A DNA stretch of 64,000 nucleotides, taken from assembly GCA_963720545.1 (NCBI GenBank), contig OY970399.1, positions 3,168,001 through 3,232,000 on the forward strand. Reading direction: 5' to 3'. This DNA is from an uncultured Acidobacteriota bacterium (GTDB lineage: Bacteria > Acidobacteriota > Vicinamibacteria > Fen-336). Below, piece after piece: positions 23,129 through 34,628 of the stretch. Numbering within the stretch: the stretch's first letter is position 1; each line of letters begins with the position of its first letter. The notes beneath the pieces were generated by a model. The model ran no database searches and was not told the origin of the DNA. It saw only the letters and a list, made by a program, of their open reading frames with translations. The position numbers and the translations under genes are program-made.

Positions 23129-25797
23129 TCAGCGACGAGCTCCGGCCGGTTCGCGGAATGGCTCGCGCCGGCGGTACAGGGCGAGCCGCTTGTCGATGTC
23201 GGCGGCGAGCGCGGCCGAGCCGTTGGCCGCGGCCAGCGCGGATGCTTCGGCGGCGGCCGCCGCCGCGCGCTCGAACTGGCTGTTCGCCGCGTAGGCTGCT
23301 GCGAGCGTGTCGAGGATGACGGGCTCGCGCCGGCCGCTTTGCTGCGCCGCGCCTTCGGCAAGCGTGAGCGCGCGCGCCGGGTTGCGAACCTTCGGGTTGT
23401 CGTGGGTCGCGAGGATCCAGGCGGTCTCGTTCATCGGCACCGCCCATTCCGGTCGCAGTCGCAGCGCGGCTTCGAATTGCACAACGGCCGCCTCGCGCTG
23501 ACCTTCGGTGCGCAGGGCGAGCCCAAGATTGTTGTGCGCTTCCGCATCGTCCGGCGCGAGGCGCAGCGCCGCGCGAAACTCCGCCGCCGCCGCCGCCATT
23601 CGGCCTTGCGCGCCGAGCACGCTGCCGAGGCCGTTATGCGCTGCGGCCAGTTGCGGATCGAGGGCGAAGGCGCGGCGGTAGTGGCCAGCCGCTCGTCGAG
23701 GCGTCCTTGCTGCTTCCGCGCACGCGCCAGGTTGTAGTGCGCGCTCGCCAGTCCGGGTGCCAGCCGCACGGCCGCCTCGAAGTGCGCCAGCGCCTCTTCG
23801 CTGCGCCCTTTTTCGCGAAGCGCAACGCCCAGTCGGTCGTGCAGCTCCGCGTTGTCGGGCCGCGCCGCCAGGGCGCGCTGCAGCGGCGGCAAAGCCTCGT
23901 CCCACTGCGCCTGCGCCGCCAGTGCCGAGCCGAGGTAGGCGTTCGCCTCGGGCGCATCGGGATCGAGCGCCAGCGCGCGGCGATAGGCGGCAACAGCTTC
24001 GGCAAGCTTGCCTTGCTTCGCCAGCACGAAGCCGAGCTCGGTGGCGGCGCGGGCGTCCTCAGGCACATCGGAGCTTGCCGTGCCGAGCAGCCTTGCCGCC
24101 TCGTCGGCCTGTCCGTTCGCGGCCAGCGCATGGCCCAGCAGCAGCCGTGTCTCGGGCGAGTCGGGTTCGAGCGCCAGCGCAGCGCGAAAATGCACGACGG
24201 CTGCGGTGTTTTCGCCGCGCGCGGCGAATACACCGGCGAGCTGCAGCTGGGCGCGGACGTTTTGCGGCCCCACCGCGACCGCCTGCTGCGCTGCGCGCAA
24301 GGCGGCGTCGAGATTGCCGGCGGCCGCGGCGATCTTCGACATCTGCAAATGGCAGTCGGCGAAGCCAGGACGCTCGTGCAGCATCTCCGCGCACAGCGCA
24401 CGCGCTTCCGGATACTGCTTCTCCTCGACCAGCTTGTTGAGGCGCTGGTCCTTGCGGAAGAACCCGATCAGGTCCTTGGGATCGTCCTTGCTGCGGTCGA
24501 ACCGGGTGCTTGCGCGCCGTCGCCGCGCCCCAGGTAGCCCAGCGCTTCGAGGCGTTCGCGCGCCTCGGTGTCGAGGGACGCCGGCTTGGACGCTGGTGCG
24601 CGGCCGCCTGCCGCCAGCATCTTCACGAGCGCCTGGGAGAGGGCATCGGCGCGGGCGGGATCGCGCTGCAGGAGGTTCACCTTCTCGCCGGGATCGGCAC
24701 GCAGGTCGTAAAGCTCGGGACGCGAGGTTTCGATGTACTTCCAGCCGTTGTCGATGACGCCGAGCAGCGAGCTGGCGCCGTAGTAGCGCGTCGGCGTGAC
24801 GGTCTCCGCATAGAGGGTGCGCGGGCCGCCGTCGCCGCCGCGCCCCGCAAGCCAGGGGGAGAGGTCGAGGCCCTGCACGCCGGGCGGCACTGCGGCGCCA
24901 GCCTGCGCGAGGATCGTTGGCATGATGTCGATGAGGCTGACGGGAAGGGCGACGCGCCGCGGCGCCGGGAGCCCTCCGGGCGGCCGCATGATGAGCGGCA
25001 CGCGCAGGGCGCCTTCGTAGATGAAGAAGCCGTGGTTCAGCTCGCCATGTTCGCCGAGCATCTCGCCGTGGTCGCCGGTGAGGACGATGAGGGTGTCGTC
25101 GTAGAGCCCGAGCGCACGCAGCTTGTCGAGCACCTGTCCGACGCAGCGATCGACGAACGCGACCTCACCGGCATAAGGATCGTCGCGCCATTGCGAGGCG
25201 AACGGCTCGGGGGGCTCGTAGGGATCGTGCGGGTCGTAGAAGTGAACGAACAGGAAGAACGGCTCGCGCTTGTGGGCATCGAGCCATTCGCCGGCGACGC
25301 GGGCGGTCTCGCCGCCCTTGCGTTCGCTCAGGTCGCCGATCTTGTGGACAGCCTGGAAGCGGTCGTCGTAGCTGTCGAAGCCCTGGCTCGTACCGAAACG
25401 GCGGTCGAGGACGAAGCTGCTGACGACGGCGCCGGTGCGCAGGCCCTTCGCAGCCAGGCTGCGCGCCAGCGTGGCGCTGCCTTCCGGCAAGCCGGTTCAG
25501 CAAGTTGTCGCGCAGGCCGTGCGTCGGAGGTAACGTGCCGGTGAGCATCGAGACGTGCGCCGGCAGCGTCATCGGCACCGGCGTGTGCACGTTTTCGAAC
25601 AGCACGCCCGCGTGCGCCAGCGCGTCGATGTTCGGCGTGGCCGCGCGCGCGAAGCCGTAGGCGCCGAGGTGGTCGGCGCGCAGCGTGTCGATGCTGATGA
25701 GCACGACGTTGCGGACGCTGCGGCGCGGGTGGCCGCAGGTCGCGACCACCCAACATGCGGCAAGGCCAGCGGCGAGAAGCGCGAGGCGCCTGGACAC
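23129..25797 (-). CDS. Alkaline-phosphatase-superfamily sulfatase-like hydrolase with long C-terminal TPR array, about 3 frameshifts
   Basis: Possible lipoprotein signal (VATC), LISIDTLRADH, TLPAHVSMLTG, HFYDPHDPY, GDHGEMLGEHGE, ELYDLRADPGE, then TPRs. Pieces are ORFs 25165-25797, 24468-25490, 23431-24384 and 23129-23905. Confidence 0.8.
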
Positions 25798-25859
25798 GCC
25801 CGATCCTAGCAGGCGGCTCGCCGGCGCGAGCCGCCTCGATTGCCGCCCATATGCGCGGC

Positions 25860-28800
25860 CTAGAAGGCGAAGCGCAGCGTCAACTGCAACAGGCGCGGGA
25901 AGCCGCGGGTCGCGGTGATGGTGCCGAACGAGGACGACCCGAAAGCGGTGTCAGGTCCGTTGAACTGCGTGTTGTTGAACAGGTTGATCACCTCGAAGCG
26001 CACCATCACTTCCTTGCTGCCGCCGATCGGCTCGATCTTCTGCACCGCGATGTCGGTCTGCGTCTTGAACGGCGTGCGCACCCGGGTGTCGGTGCGCGGC
26101 GCGTTGCCGAAGGTGAATGCCGGCGCCAGCGACCAGGCGTCGGGGTTGAACCAGTTGGCGATGCACTCGCATTCCGGATCGTAGTGACTGTCGGTGTTGC
26201 CGGAAGTCTTCGGGTCGGTGCCGGTGAGGTTCGGACGCTGCTGCCGCCGAACAGGCCGGAGTTGTTGTTCGACTGGATGATCGCCACCGGGAAGCCGCGT
26301 CTGTAGGTAGCCGACGCCGGTGACCGCCCAGCCGCCGAGCAGCACGCGCGCCAAGCCCGGCTCGGAAAGGTGCGACTTGTTCCTGCCGAACGGCAGCTCG
26401 CCGGTGCAGCGCGAAGTTGAGCCGGTGCGGCTGCTCGGTGACCGACGGCGAGTATTCGCTCTCGACGTCGTAGCTGTTGACCGGGCGGTTGCGGCTGGTG
26501 CTGTTGTTGCTGAACTGGTTCAGCTCGCCGAAGATGTTGTTCTTGTTGCGGCTCCAGGTGTAGTTGATGCGGCCGCCCCAGCCGTTCACGATCGGCCGCT
26601 CGAGCCGCAGCACGATCGAGTGATACTGCGCGCGCCCGCCGCTGACCTGGGCGGCGAGGAGGTCGCCGAACTGCGGATACGGCCGCAGCAGCTGGCCGCG
26701 CGCGATCGTGGGCTGGTCGGCGAACGCGCCGAACGCCGGGTTGCCGAAGAACGGGTTCGGCACCTGGTCGAGCAGCGCCGCGCCGAGGGACTGGTACTTC
26801 GGGTCGAGCTGGTTGATGTTGAGGGTCGCGTCGTCGTTGCCGCCGAGGCCGAGCCGCCGCGAGGTGGCGCCGATGTAGCCGATGCCCGCGACGATGCTGC
26901 CCGGGGAACTCGCGCTGCAGGTCGAGCGAATACTGGTGCACGTAGGCCGACTTGCGGAACTGATCGACGAAGTGCGACGGCGCCGCCCGCGCCGGTGAGG
27001 ATGCCGCCGGCGCTGCCCGTCGGCTGTTCGATGCCGTTCGGGAACGGGTTCACGATGCTGCAGCCGGCGCACGGCGTGAGGCCGCCGTTGGTGGAGCCGA
27101 TGAGGTCGGTGACCTGCGTGAACCCGCGCGTGCCGAGGCTGGTGCTGCTGATGCCCGGGTACTGGTGCGGCGCCCAGAACAGGCCGTAGCCGCCGCGCAC
27201 GACGGTCTTCGGGTCCGAGCGACCAGGCGACGCCGACGCGCGGCGCGAACTTCGTCTTCGACGGATCGCTCTGGTGCGTCTGATAGCCGTCGACGCCGGC
27301 GTACATCGAGGCCGCCGCGCAGGTCGAGCGCCGGGCACCTGCACCGGCCAGGCCCCGTCGCGATCGAAGCCCGACGGTGAGGCGGTTGTCCTTCTCCTGC
27401 AGGCCCTGCTCGAACTCGTAGCGCAGGCCGACGTTGACGGTCAGGTTGGAGTTGACGCGGAAGTCGTCCTGCACGTAACCCGCGTAGTAGTTGATGAACG
27501 CGTCGGTCGGCGCCGACACGCGTGATCGAGCCGGTCGAGGGATAGCCGAGCAGGAAGGCGGCGAGCGCGTACGGGTTGCTGGTTGTCGGCGTTCAGCGGA
27601 TCGGCGCTCGTAAACTGGCCGTCGAAGAAGAAGCGGCCGCTCGACTGGCTGGGGTTGAAGTTGCGCGCGCCGATCTGGCGATAGTCGACGCACCGACCTT
27701 GACGGTGTGCCGGCCCAGCAGCTTCGACACGGAGGCGTTCGCGTCCTACGAGTAGTAGGTGAGTGCGTTGATCGGGCGCTCGCCGAACATGTAGCCGTTG
27801 TAGTCGGTGCCGTAGGAGCCGATCGCGAAGTACGGGAACTTCTTCACCGGCACCTGGCTGACGAAGCTCGGCGAGAAGCCGAGCGTGCCGGGGTCGAAGC
27901 CCGCCACCGGCACGCAGTCGTCGACGAAGCTGGTGAAGCCGAAGCGCACGTGCGCGGCGGTCGTCTGGTTGGGCGTGATGGTGTTGTTGATCGCAACCGC
28001 GTGCACCGTGCGATAGAGCGCACCGTCGCCGGGATCGGCGTGGTTGGCGCCGATGTCCTGCGTCACGCCGTCCTTCAGATACGAGCGCGGCTGCGGCTCG
28101 ACCGAGTGGTAGTACGCGTACATCGCCGAGCGTGCGGAAGTTCTCGCTCCAGATCTGATCGAGCTTCGGTGAGTGATCGTCTTCGAGTTGTCGACCAGCT
28201 GCGAGCTCGCCTGGCCGGCCTCCGGCCAGTACTGCCGCATGGCGAGCGCCACCGGGTTGAAGCGGTCGGCGGGGATGATGTTGCCCGGGAACGGGCGTGC
28301 GCATGAACTGGCCGGGATTGTTGGGGTCGGGGCGCGTCGTGAGCGGGTCGTAGACGGTGATGCCGCTTTGCGAGAAGTCGCCGCCGAGCTCGCGCGCCGT
28401 CGGCGGCGCGCACGCCCGAGTCGTCGATGGTGTTGCTCTTGTAGCCTTCCGCCGACGCCAAGAAGAAGGTCTTGTTCTTGACGATCGGGCCGCCGAAGGA
28501 GCCGCCGTACAGGTAGAAGTAGGTGTCGGGCTTGTCGCAGGAGCCGGTGCCGGCCTCGCACGCCTTGCGCGCGAAGTACGACAAGGACCGCGTCGATGCC
28601 GGCCGGTTCTGGCCGACGCAGGCTGCCGTGCCACGACGTTGGATCCCGACTTGCCGGTCATGTTGAAGACGCCGCCGCCGGTGCGGCCCATCTCGGCGTC
28701 GTAGGTGGTGACCTGCACCTTCACTTCTTCCACCGCCTCGATCGACGGGATGATGGTGGCGCGGTTGCGCAGGTCGACGATCGCGACGCCGTCGAGGGTG

Positions 28801-29383
28801 TAGTTGTTGCCGCGCCGCGGCCCGCCGCCGAGCGACAGCAGCGAGGAGTTGGTCTGGTCCTGCTGGCGCACGAACTGCGGATCGCCGCTATGGGTGACGC
28901 CCGGGGTGATCGTCGCGAGGAAGAACGGGTTGCGGCCGGCGGTGGGCAGCGTCTGCGATGGTCTTGTTCATCGAGCAGTGCTGCCGACCGACGCGTTCGA
29001 CGTCTCGATCGCGACTCCGCCGCCCTCGACCGTGACTTCTTCCGAGAGTTCGCCGACCTCGAGCGTCACGTCCATGGTGATGAACTGCTGGGTGCCGATG
29101 CGCATGTTCTTGCGGTCGATCGTCTTGAAGCCCTGCATGGTGACCTTCACCGTGTAGATGCCCGGTTCCACCTGCACGAACGCGTACTCGCCGTCCGCGT
29201 TGGTGAGCGCACTGCGGGTGCGTGCCGTTCGCTTCGTTCAGCAGGTTCACGTGCACACCGGGCACGACACCGCCAGAGTCACGAACTGCGCCGCGCAGCC
29301 CGCCGTGATACGTCTGCGCCAGCAAGGGTACGGCTGCCAGTAAAAGTCAAAGCCGTGATGAGCGCGTTTCGAGGATTCGCCAT
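25860..29383 (-). pseudogene. TonB-dependent receptor (carboxypeptidase-regulatory-like N-domain, Oar-like), heavily frameshifted as sequenced
   Basis: ATG at 29383 with GGAGG. Fragments QTYHGGLRGAVRD, VEPGIYTVKVTMQGFK, NNYTLDG, VEEVKVQVTTYDAEMGRTGGG, YVQDDFRVNSNLTVNVGLRYE, C-terminal PRLLQLTLRFAF. Many frame changes, may be sequencing error. Confidence 0.8.
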
Positions 29384-29500
29384 GAGGGGACCTCCGCCGT
29401 CTGTGCGTCTACTGCGACCTCAACGTCGTGAAAATATGTGAACTATACGCCGCTGCCAGGATTTACAACCCTGCCGATACTGACTTGCGTGAACTTGAAC

Positions 29501-29533
29501 AAAAAAATCCCGGCCTCAGGCTGGCCGGGTTTT
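29501..29533 (-). terminator. Rho-independent terminator downstream of wecB (possibly bidirectional)
   Basis: AAAAAAAT-CCCGGCC-tcaggct-GGCCGGG-TTTT. Confidence 0.75.
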
Positions 29534-29555
29534 GATGCGCCTGACGAAAAACGGT

Positions 29556-30650
29556 TCAGCGCGTGACGAAGGCGTCGATTTCGGCGGCGACTCGTTCGCC
29601 GGCGTGGCCGTCCCATGAGGGAATGTCACTGCCTTTGGGCCAGGTGCCGCTGAGGATTTCTTCGACGCCGCGGCGGACCGCATCGATGTCGTTGCCGACG
29701 AGGCGGTTGGTGCCGAGTTCCACGGTGACCGGGCGCTCGGTGTTGTCGCGCAGCGTGAGACAGGGGACCTTGAGGACGCTGCTCTCTTCCTGGATTCCGC
29801 CCGAGTCTGTGAAGACTACGGCGGAGTCGGCGAGCAGCGACAGGTTGTCGATGTAGGGCAGCGGGTCGAGGCACAGAAGCGGCATAGCGAGCTTCGAGCC
29901 GAGGCCGTTCTTTTCGGCCGATGCGCGGGTGCGGGGGTGGACGGGAAAGACGAGGGGCAGCTTTGCGCTCAACTCCTGCATCAGGTCGAGCAGGCGGCCG
30001 AGGACCTTCGGGTCGTCCACGTTCGAGGGGCGGTGCAGGGTGACGAGGCCAAACTTGCCGCGTTCGAGGCCGAGCTTCGCCGCGGCGTTACGGGCTCGGG
30101 CGGCGGGCAGCTGCTTCATCAGCGTGTCGATCATGACGTTGCCGACGTAGCGGACCTTGGCGCCGTCCACGCCTTCCTTCTCGAGGTTGCGCATGCCCGC
30201 AGGCTCCGACACCAGCAGCAGGCCGCAGATGGCATCGGTGAGCAGGCGGTTGATCTCTTCGGGCATGGTGCGGTCGAAGCTGCGCAGTCCGGCTTCGACG
30301 TGCACCGCGGGAATGCCGAGCTTCACCGCCGCGAGCGCGCAGGCGACCGTGCTGTTGACGTCGCCGAACACCACCGTCGCCGCCGGCCGGCTGGCGAGGA
30401 TGTGGCTCTCGTACCGCTCGAGGATGCGCGCGGTCTGCGCGCCGTGGCTGCCCGAACCAACGTCGAGGTGCACGTCGGGCTTCGGGATGCCGAGCTCGGT
30501 GAAGAACACGTCGTTCATCGCCGGGTCGTAGTGCTGTCCGGTGTGCACGATGCGGAACGCCGGGCTCTTGCGAGCCTGTAGCGCGTGCACCACCGGCGCC
30601 AGCTTCATGAAGTTGGGACGCGCTCCGGCAACGAGATCGATCGGTGGCAT
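29556..30650 (-). CDS. wecB: UDP-N-acetylglucosamine 2-epimerase (non-hydrolysing)
   Basis: GARPNFMKLAP, HTGQHYD, FGDVNST, HVEAGLRSFD, PEEINR, TLHRPSNVD, TDSGGIQEE, TERP. Confidence 0.95.
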   Translation of the reverse strand: MPPIDLVAGARPNFMKLAPVVHALQARKSPAFRIVHTGQHYDPAMNDVFFTELGIPKPDVHLDVGSGSHGAQTARILERYESHILASRPAATVVFGDVNSTVACALAAVKLGIPAVHVEAGLRSFDRTMPEEINRLLTDAICGLLLVSEPAGMRNLEKEGVDGAKVRYVGNVMIDTLMKQLPAARARNAAAKLGLERGKFGLVTLHRPSNVDDPKVLGRLLDLMQELSAKLPLVFPVHPRTRASAEKNGLGSKLAMPLLCLDPLPYIDNLSLLADSAVVFTDSGGIQEESSVLKVPCLTLRDNTERPVTVELGTNRLVGNDIDAVRRGVEEILSGTWPKGSDIPSWDGHAGERVAAEIDAFVTR

Positions 30651-30726
30651 GATGAGTGGCTCTTTGGTGGGGAAAGCGATCAGTGGTGGAACTTAGCACG
30701 CGCACCGAAGCCGGGCCGATGGCACT

Positions 30727-32715
30727 GTGAGGCCCGTCGCATGGTACGGCGCGCGCCTGCGCGCGATGCGGCCGGCGGAGGTGTCGTGGCGCATAGCGCA
30801 GCGCCTCAGCGAACGCCGGCGGCGCCGCGACCACTCGCCTTCTGCTTCTCTGCTGCCGGGCCTGGCTGAAGCTGCTGCTGCACTCCGCCTTCTTGCCTCG
30901 GGTGGTCCCACGCGCGACGCACGCTTCTTTGGCGTGTCTTTTCCTTATCCGGGGTCCGAATCGATCGACTGGTCGCGCGACTACAAGAACGGCGTCAGCG
31001 CGCCGCTGCGCTTCTACGCCGACCTCGACTACCGCGACGAGCGGGAAGTCGGCGACAGCAAGTACACCTGGGAGCTGAACCGCCACCAGTTCCTGCTGCC
31101 GTGGGCGCTCGAATACCGAAAGACCGGTGACGAGACGGCGGCGGCGGCGGTCGCGAGCGTCGTCCTCGACTGGATCGCACGCAACCCGCGTTATCTCGGC
31201 ATCAACTGGATCAGCGCGCTCGAGCACGCGCTGCGCATCCTCAACTGGGGAATCGCCTTCGACCTGTGCCGCGGTTCGGCGGCGGTCGAACGTTCTCTGC
31301 CATTCGTGACGGCTGCGGTCGCCGAGAAGGCGCTGTTCATTCGCGACACGCTGTCGCTGCACTCGTCGGCGAACAACCACCTGATGGGCGAGCTCATTGG
31401 CCTGCTGGCCGGGGCCGCCTACTTTCCGGACGCCGCGGGCGTTTCGGCTTTCGGCCGCTTTGCGCGCACCGAGGTGATGCGCGAGGCGGCGAAGCAGAAC
31501 CACGCCGACGGCGTCAACCGCGAACAGGCGATCTACTACCACCATTACACGACCGAATACATCCTCACGGCGGAGAGGTTGTGCCAGCGCACCGGCGAGC
31601 CGCTCGGCGTTGACGTGCAACAGCTGGCGCATCGTATGCTGGCGTTCATCCACGCCATGACCGACGATTCAGGCCAGCCGTTCGAGATCGGCGACCGCGA
31701 CGACGGTTCGGTCACAGGCCTCAATCTCGGCAGCGGGGTGTCGGTGTTCGAATCACTCCTCTGGACCGCGGCCGTGCACTTCCAGGATGGCGACTGCGGC
31801 GCCCACGCGGCGCGCATCGCCGCCCGCTCAGGTCGCGAAGCGGTGCCCGATGCGCGCACAGCCTACTGGTATCCCGACACGGCGCCGGCGCTCGCCGCTG
31901 GTCGTTCGCCCCGCCGGCACTTCTTTCCGGACGGCGGCTACTTCCTCTCCACGGACGAGGGCCATTCGCTGCTCTTCAAGGCGAGCCCGTTCGGCTATCC
32001 GTCGATCGCCGCCCACTCGCACTGCGACCAGCTGTCCGTGCTGCTGCGGGTGTCCGGCCAGGACCTGCTGACGGACGGCGGCACCTGCGTCTATCACACC
32101 GAAGAAAAATGGCGCCGCTACTTCAAGGGCACCACGGCGCACAACACGGTGCGCGTGGACGAACGGGACCAGGCCGAGTATGCCGGTGCCTTCCTCTGGG
32201 CGACTCACGCCGAAGGCCGGCTCGATCCGCCGCGTGAAATGGGCGGGAGCTTCGAGATCGTCGGCCGCCACGACGGCTACCGGCGCCTCGCCGACCCAGT
32301 GAGCCACCAGCGCAACGTTTCGTGGCGTGCGGGAGTCGGCTACCGCATCGTGGACGTCCTCACCGGAGAGAAGCCGCACCGTTTCGAGCTCGTCTGGAAC
32401 GTCGGCAGCGCCTTCACGGCGCATCGCGTCGAGCTGCCGGTGGATCGAGTGGCGGCGGCGTGGCGCATCGATGGCTCCGCGGGTCCGGTGGCGCACGTGG
32501 TGGTGATCGCGGCACGCCGTACTGGCGCAAGCCAGTACCACGGTGACACGGAGCGGCCGGCCGGCTTCGAGTCGCGCGCCTACCTCGAGAAGACGCCGTG
32601 CGACCAGCTGGTGGTGAGCGCCGCCGGCGACGCTTCCTGGACGGCGGCCACCTACGTCGTTTTTGGTGGCGAGCTGCCGGACATGCGATCCCTCGAGGGG
32701 CGGTGGGACAGCTAG
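30727..32715 (+). CDS. Heparinase II/III-like polysaccharide lyase family protein
   Basis: KYTWELNRHQFL, NPRYLGINW, ANNHLMGE, EQAIYYH, IGDRDDG, AHSHCDQLS, AHNTVRVD, GRHDGY. Confidence 0.85.
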   Translation: MRPVAWYGARLRAMRPAEVSWRIAQRLSERRRRRDHSPSASLLPGLAEAAAALRLLASGGPTRDARFFGVSFPYPGSESIDWSRDYKNGVSAPLRFYADLDYRDEREVGDSKYTWELNRHQFLLPWALEYRKTGDETAAAAVASVVLDWIARNPRYLGINWISALEHALRILNWGIAFDLCRGSAAVERSLPFVTAAVAEKALFIRDTLSLHSSANNHLMGELIGLLAGAAYFPDAAGVSAFGRFARTEVMREAAKQNHADGVNREQAIYYHHYTTEYILTAERLCQRTGEPLGVDVQQLAHRMLAFIHAMTDDSGQPFEIGDRDDGSVTGLNLGSGVSVFESLLWTAAVHFQDGDCGAHAARIAARSGREAVPDARTAYWYPDTAPALAAGRSPRRHFFPDGGYFLSTDEGHSLLFKASPFGYPSIAAHSHCDQLSVLLRVSGQDLLTDGGTCVYHTEEKWRRYFKGTTAHNTVRVDERDQAEYAGAFLWATHAEGRLDPPREMGGSFEIVGRHDGYRRLADPVSHQRNVSWRAGVGYRIVDVLTGEKPHRFELVWNVGSAFTAHRVELPVDRVAAAWRIDGSAGPVAHVVVIAARRTGASQYHGDTERPAGFESRAYLEKTPCDQLVVSAAGDASWTAATYVVFGGELPDMRSLEGRWDS

Positions 32716-32718
32716 TTC

Positions 32719-34614
32719 ATGTGCGGCATCACGGGGTTCTTCAACTTCAAGAGCGGCGCGGCGGCGCCCGACCAGGACGTACTCGCGCGCATGATGACAG
32801 CGATCGCGCACCGCGGGCCCGACGACGAGGGCATGCTGATCGACCGCTCGGTCGCGCTCGGCTTCAGGCGCCTCGCGATCATCGACCTGAGCGGCGGCCA
32901 CCAGCCGATGGCGAGCGACTGCGGCCGCTACACGCTGATCTTCAACGGCGAGATCTACAACTACCAGGACGTGCGCGCCGAGCTGGTCCGCAGCCACGGT
33001 GTGTCGTTCCGGACCAATTCCGACAGCGAGGTCATCCTCAACGCGTACCGGCAGTGGGGCGCAGCGGCGGTCGAGCGCTTCAACGGCATGTTCGGCTTCG
33101 CCATCTGGGATCACCGCGACGAGACGCTGTTCCTGGCCCGCGACCGCTTCGGCAAGAAGCCGGTCTTCTACGTGCGCACGCCCGAGGGCTTCTGCTTCGC
33201 CTCTGAAGTGAAGTCGCTGTTGCAGCACCCGCGGGTCAGCGCCGCCGTGGACGTGGAGCGCCTGCCGGCATTTCTCGCCTATCGCTACGTGCCCGGCGAC
33301 GAGACGCTGTTCCGCGACGTCCAGTGCCTGCCCCCCGCCTCGCACCTCACCGTGTCGATGCGCGCGGGTTTAGGCGAGCCGGTGCGCTACTGGGACTACT
33401 CGTTCGCGGAGCCGTCGCCGGAACCTTCGGTTGGCGAATCGCTCGAGAAGCTCGGCACGCTCGTCAAGGACTCCGTGCGCCTGCGCATGATCGCCGACGT
33501 GCCGGTTGGCGCCTTCCTCTCCGGCGGGCTCGACTCGTCGATAACGGTCGCGCTGATGGCGAAGATCCATCCCGAGCGGCTCAAGACCTTCTCGATCGGC
33601 TTCGACACCGGTTTCAGCGAGGAAGGCTACGCGCGCATCGTCGCGAAGCAGTTCGACACCGACCACCACGAGATCATCGTCTCGTCGCAGGATCTCATCG
33701 CGCACATGCCGGCGGTGCTGCACGCGCGCGAGACGCCGATCACCGAAGCGTCCGACATCCCCATCTCGCTGCTCGCCCGGCTCGCGCGCCAGAAGGTCAC
33801 CGTGGTGCTTTCGGGCGAGGGCAGCGACGAGATCTTCGCCGGCTATCCCAAGTACGCGTTCGAGCGGCGCTTCGGCGCTGCGCTGCGGCTCGTGCCCGGT
33901 GCGGCGCTGCGGGGTGCGGCGGGAACGCTGCCCTTCTCGCTGCGCCGCGCGCAACTCGCGCTCGAGTGCCTGGCGCAGCGCGACCGCTTCGAGGGCTACG
34001 CCGGCTGGTTCGGCGCCTTCGGCCCGGAAGCGCGCGAGCGGCTGCGCGGCCCGAACTTGCCGCAGGCCGACCCGCACGCCTTCGCCCGCGCCGCCGTCGC
34101 CGGCCACACGTTCCCGGGGCGGGTTGACGAGATGCTCTACCTCGACACCCGCCACTGGCTGCCCGCGAACCTGCTGCTGCGCGGCGACCGCATGGCGATG
34201 GCGCATTCGCTCGAGCTGCGGTGTCCCTTTCTCGACTACCGCCTCGCCGAGTTCGCCGCGCGCGAGATGCCGACGTCGCAGAAGATCCGCGGCAGCCGCG
34301 GCAAGTGGCTGCTGCAGCAGTGGGCGAAGACCTTCCTGCCGGCGGAGATCTTCGAACGGCCGAAGTGGGGGTTCAAGGTGCCGCTCTACGCGTGGTTCCG
34401 CGGCCCGCTCGCGAAGGTGTTCCGCGACGTGATGTTCTCGCCCGCGGCGCGCGCCCGCGGCTACTTCAACGAAGCCGAACTGCGGCGCCTCATCGACCAG
34501 CACGAGAGCGGCAGGATCAACCTCGAGAAGCAGCTGTGGATCCTGTTCCAGCTGGAGCTGTGGCACCTGATGTACGTCGATCACACGCTCCAGGCGACCG
34601 ACTCGCTGGCCTGA
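32719..34614 (+). CDS. asnB: Asparagine synthase (glutamine-hydrolysing)-family amidotransferase
   Basis: MCGI N-terminus, HRGPD, FNGEIYN, RDRFGKKP, FLSGGLDSS, LSGEGSDE, SLELRCPFLD. Confidence 0.92.
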   Translation: MCGITGFFNFKSGAAAPDQDVLARMMTAIAHRGPDDEGMLIDRSVALGFRRLAIIDLSGGHQPMASDCGRYTLIFNGEIYNYQDVRAELVRSHGVSFRTNSDSEVILNAYRQWGAAAVERFNGMFGFAIWDHRDETLFLARDRFGKKPVFYVRTPEGFCFASEVKSLLQHPRVSAAVDVERLPAFLAYRYVPGDETLFRDVQCLPPASHLTVSMRAGLGEPVRYWDYSFAEPSPEPSVGESLEKLGTLVKDSVRLRMIADVPVGAFLSGGLDSSITVALMAKIHPERLKTFSIGFDTGFSEEGYARIVAKQFDTDHHEIIVSSQDLIAHMPAVLHARETPITEASDIPISLLARLARQKVTVVLSGEGSDEIFAGYPKYAFERRFGAALRLVPGAALRGAAGTLPFSLRRAQLALECLAQRDRFEGYAGWFGAFGPEARERLRGPNLPQADPHAFARAAVAGHTFPGRVDEMLYLDTRHWLPANLLLRGDRMAMAHSLELRCPFLDYRLAEFAAREMPTSQKIRGSRGKWLLQQWAKTFLPAEIFERPKWGFKVPLYAWFRGPLAKVFRDVMFSPAARARGYFNEAELRRLIDQHESGRINLEKQLWILFQLELWHLMYVDHTLQATDSLA

Positions 34615-34628
34615 TACACTTCCGCGGC

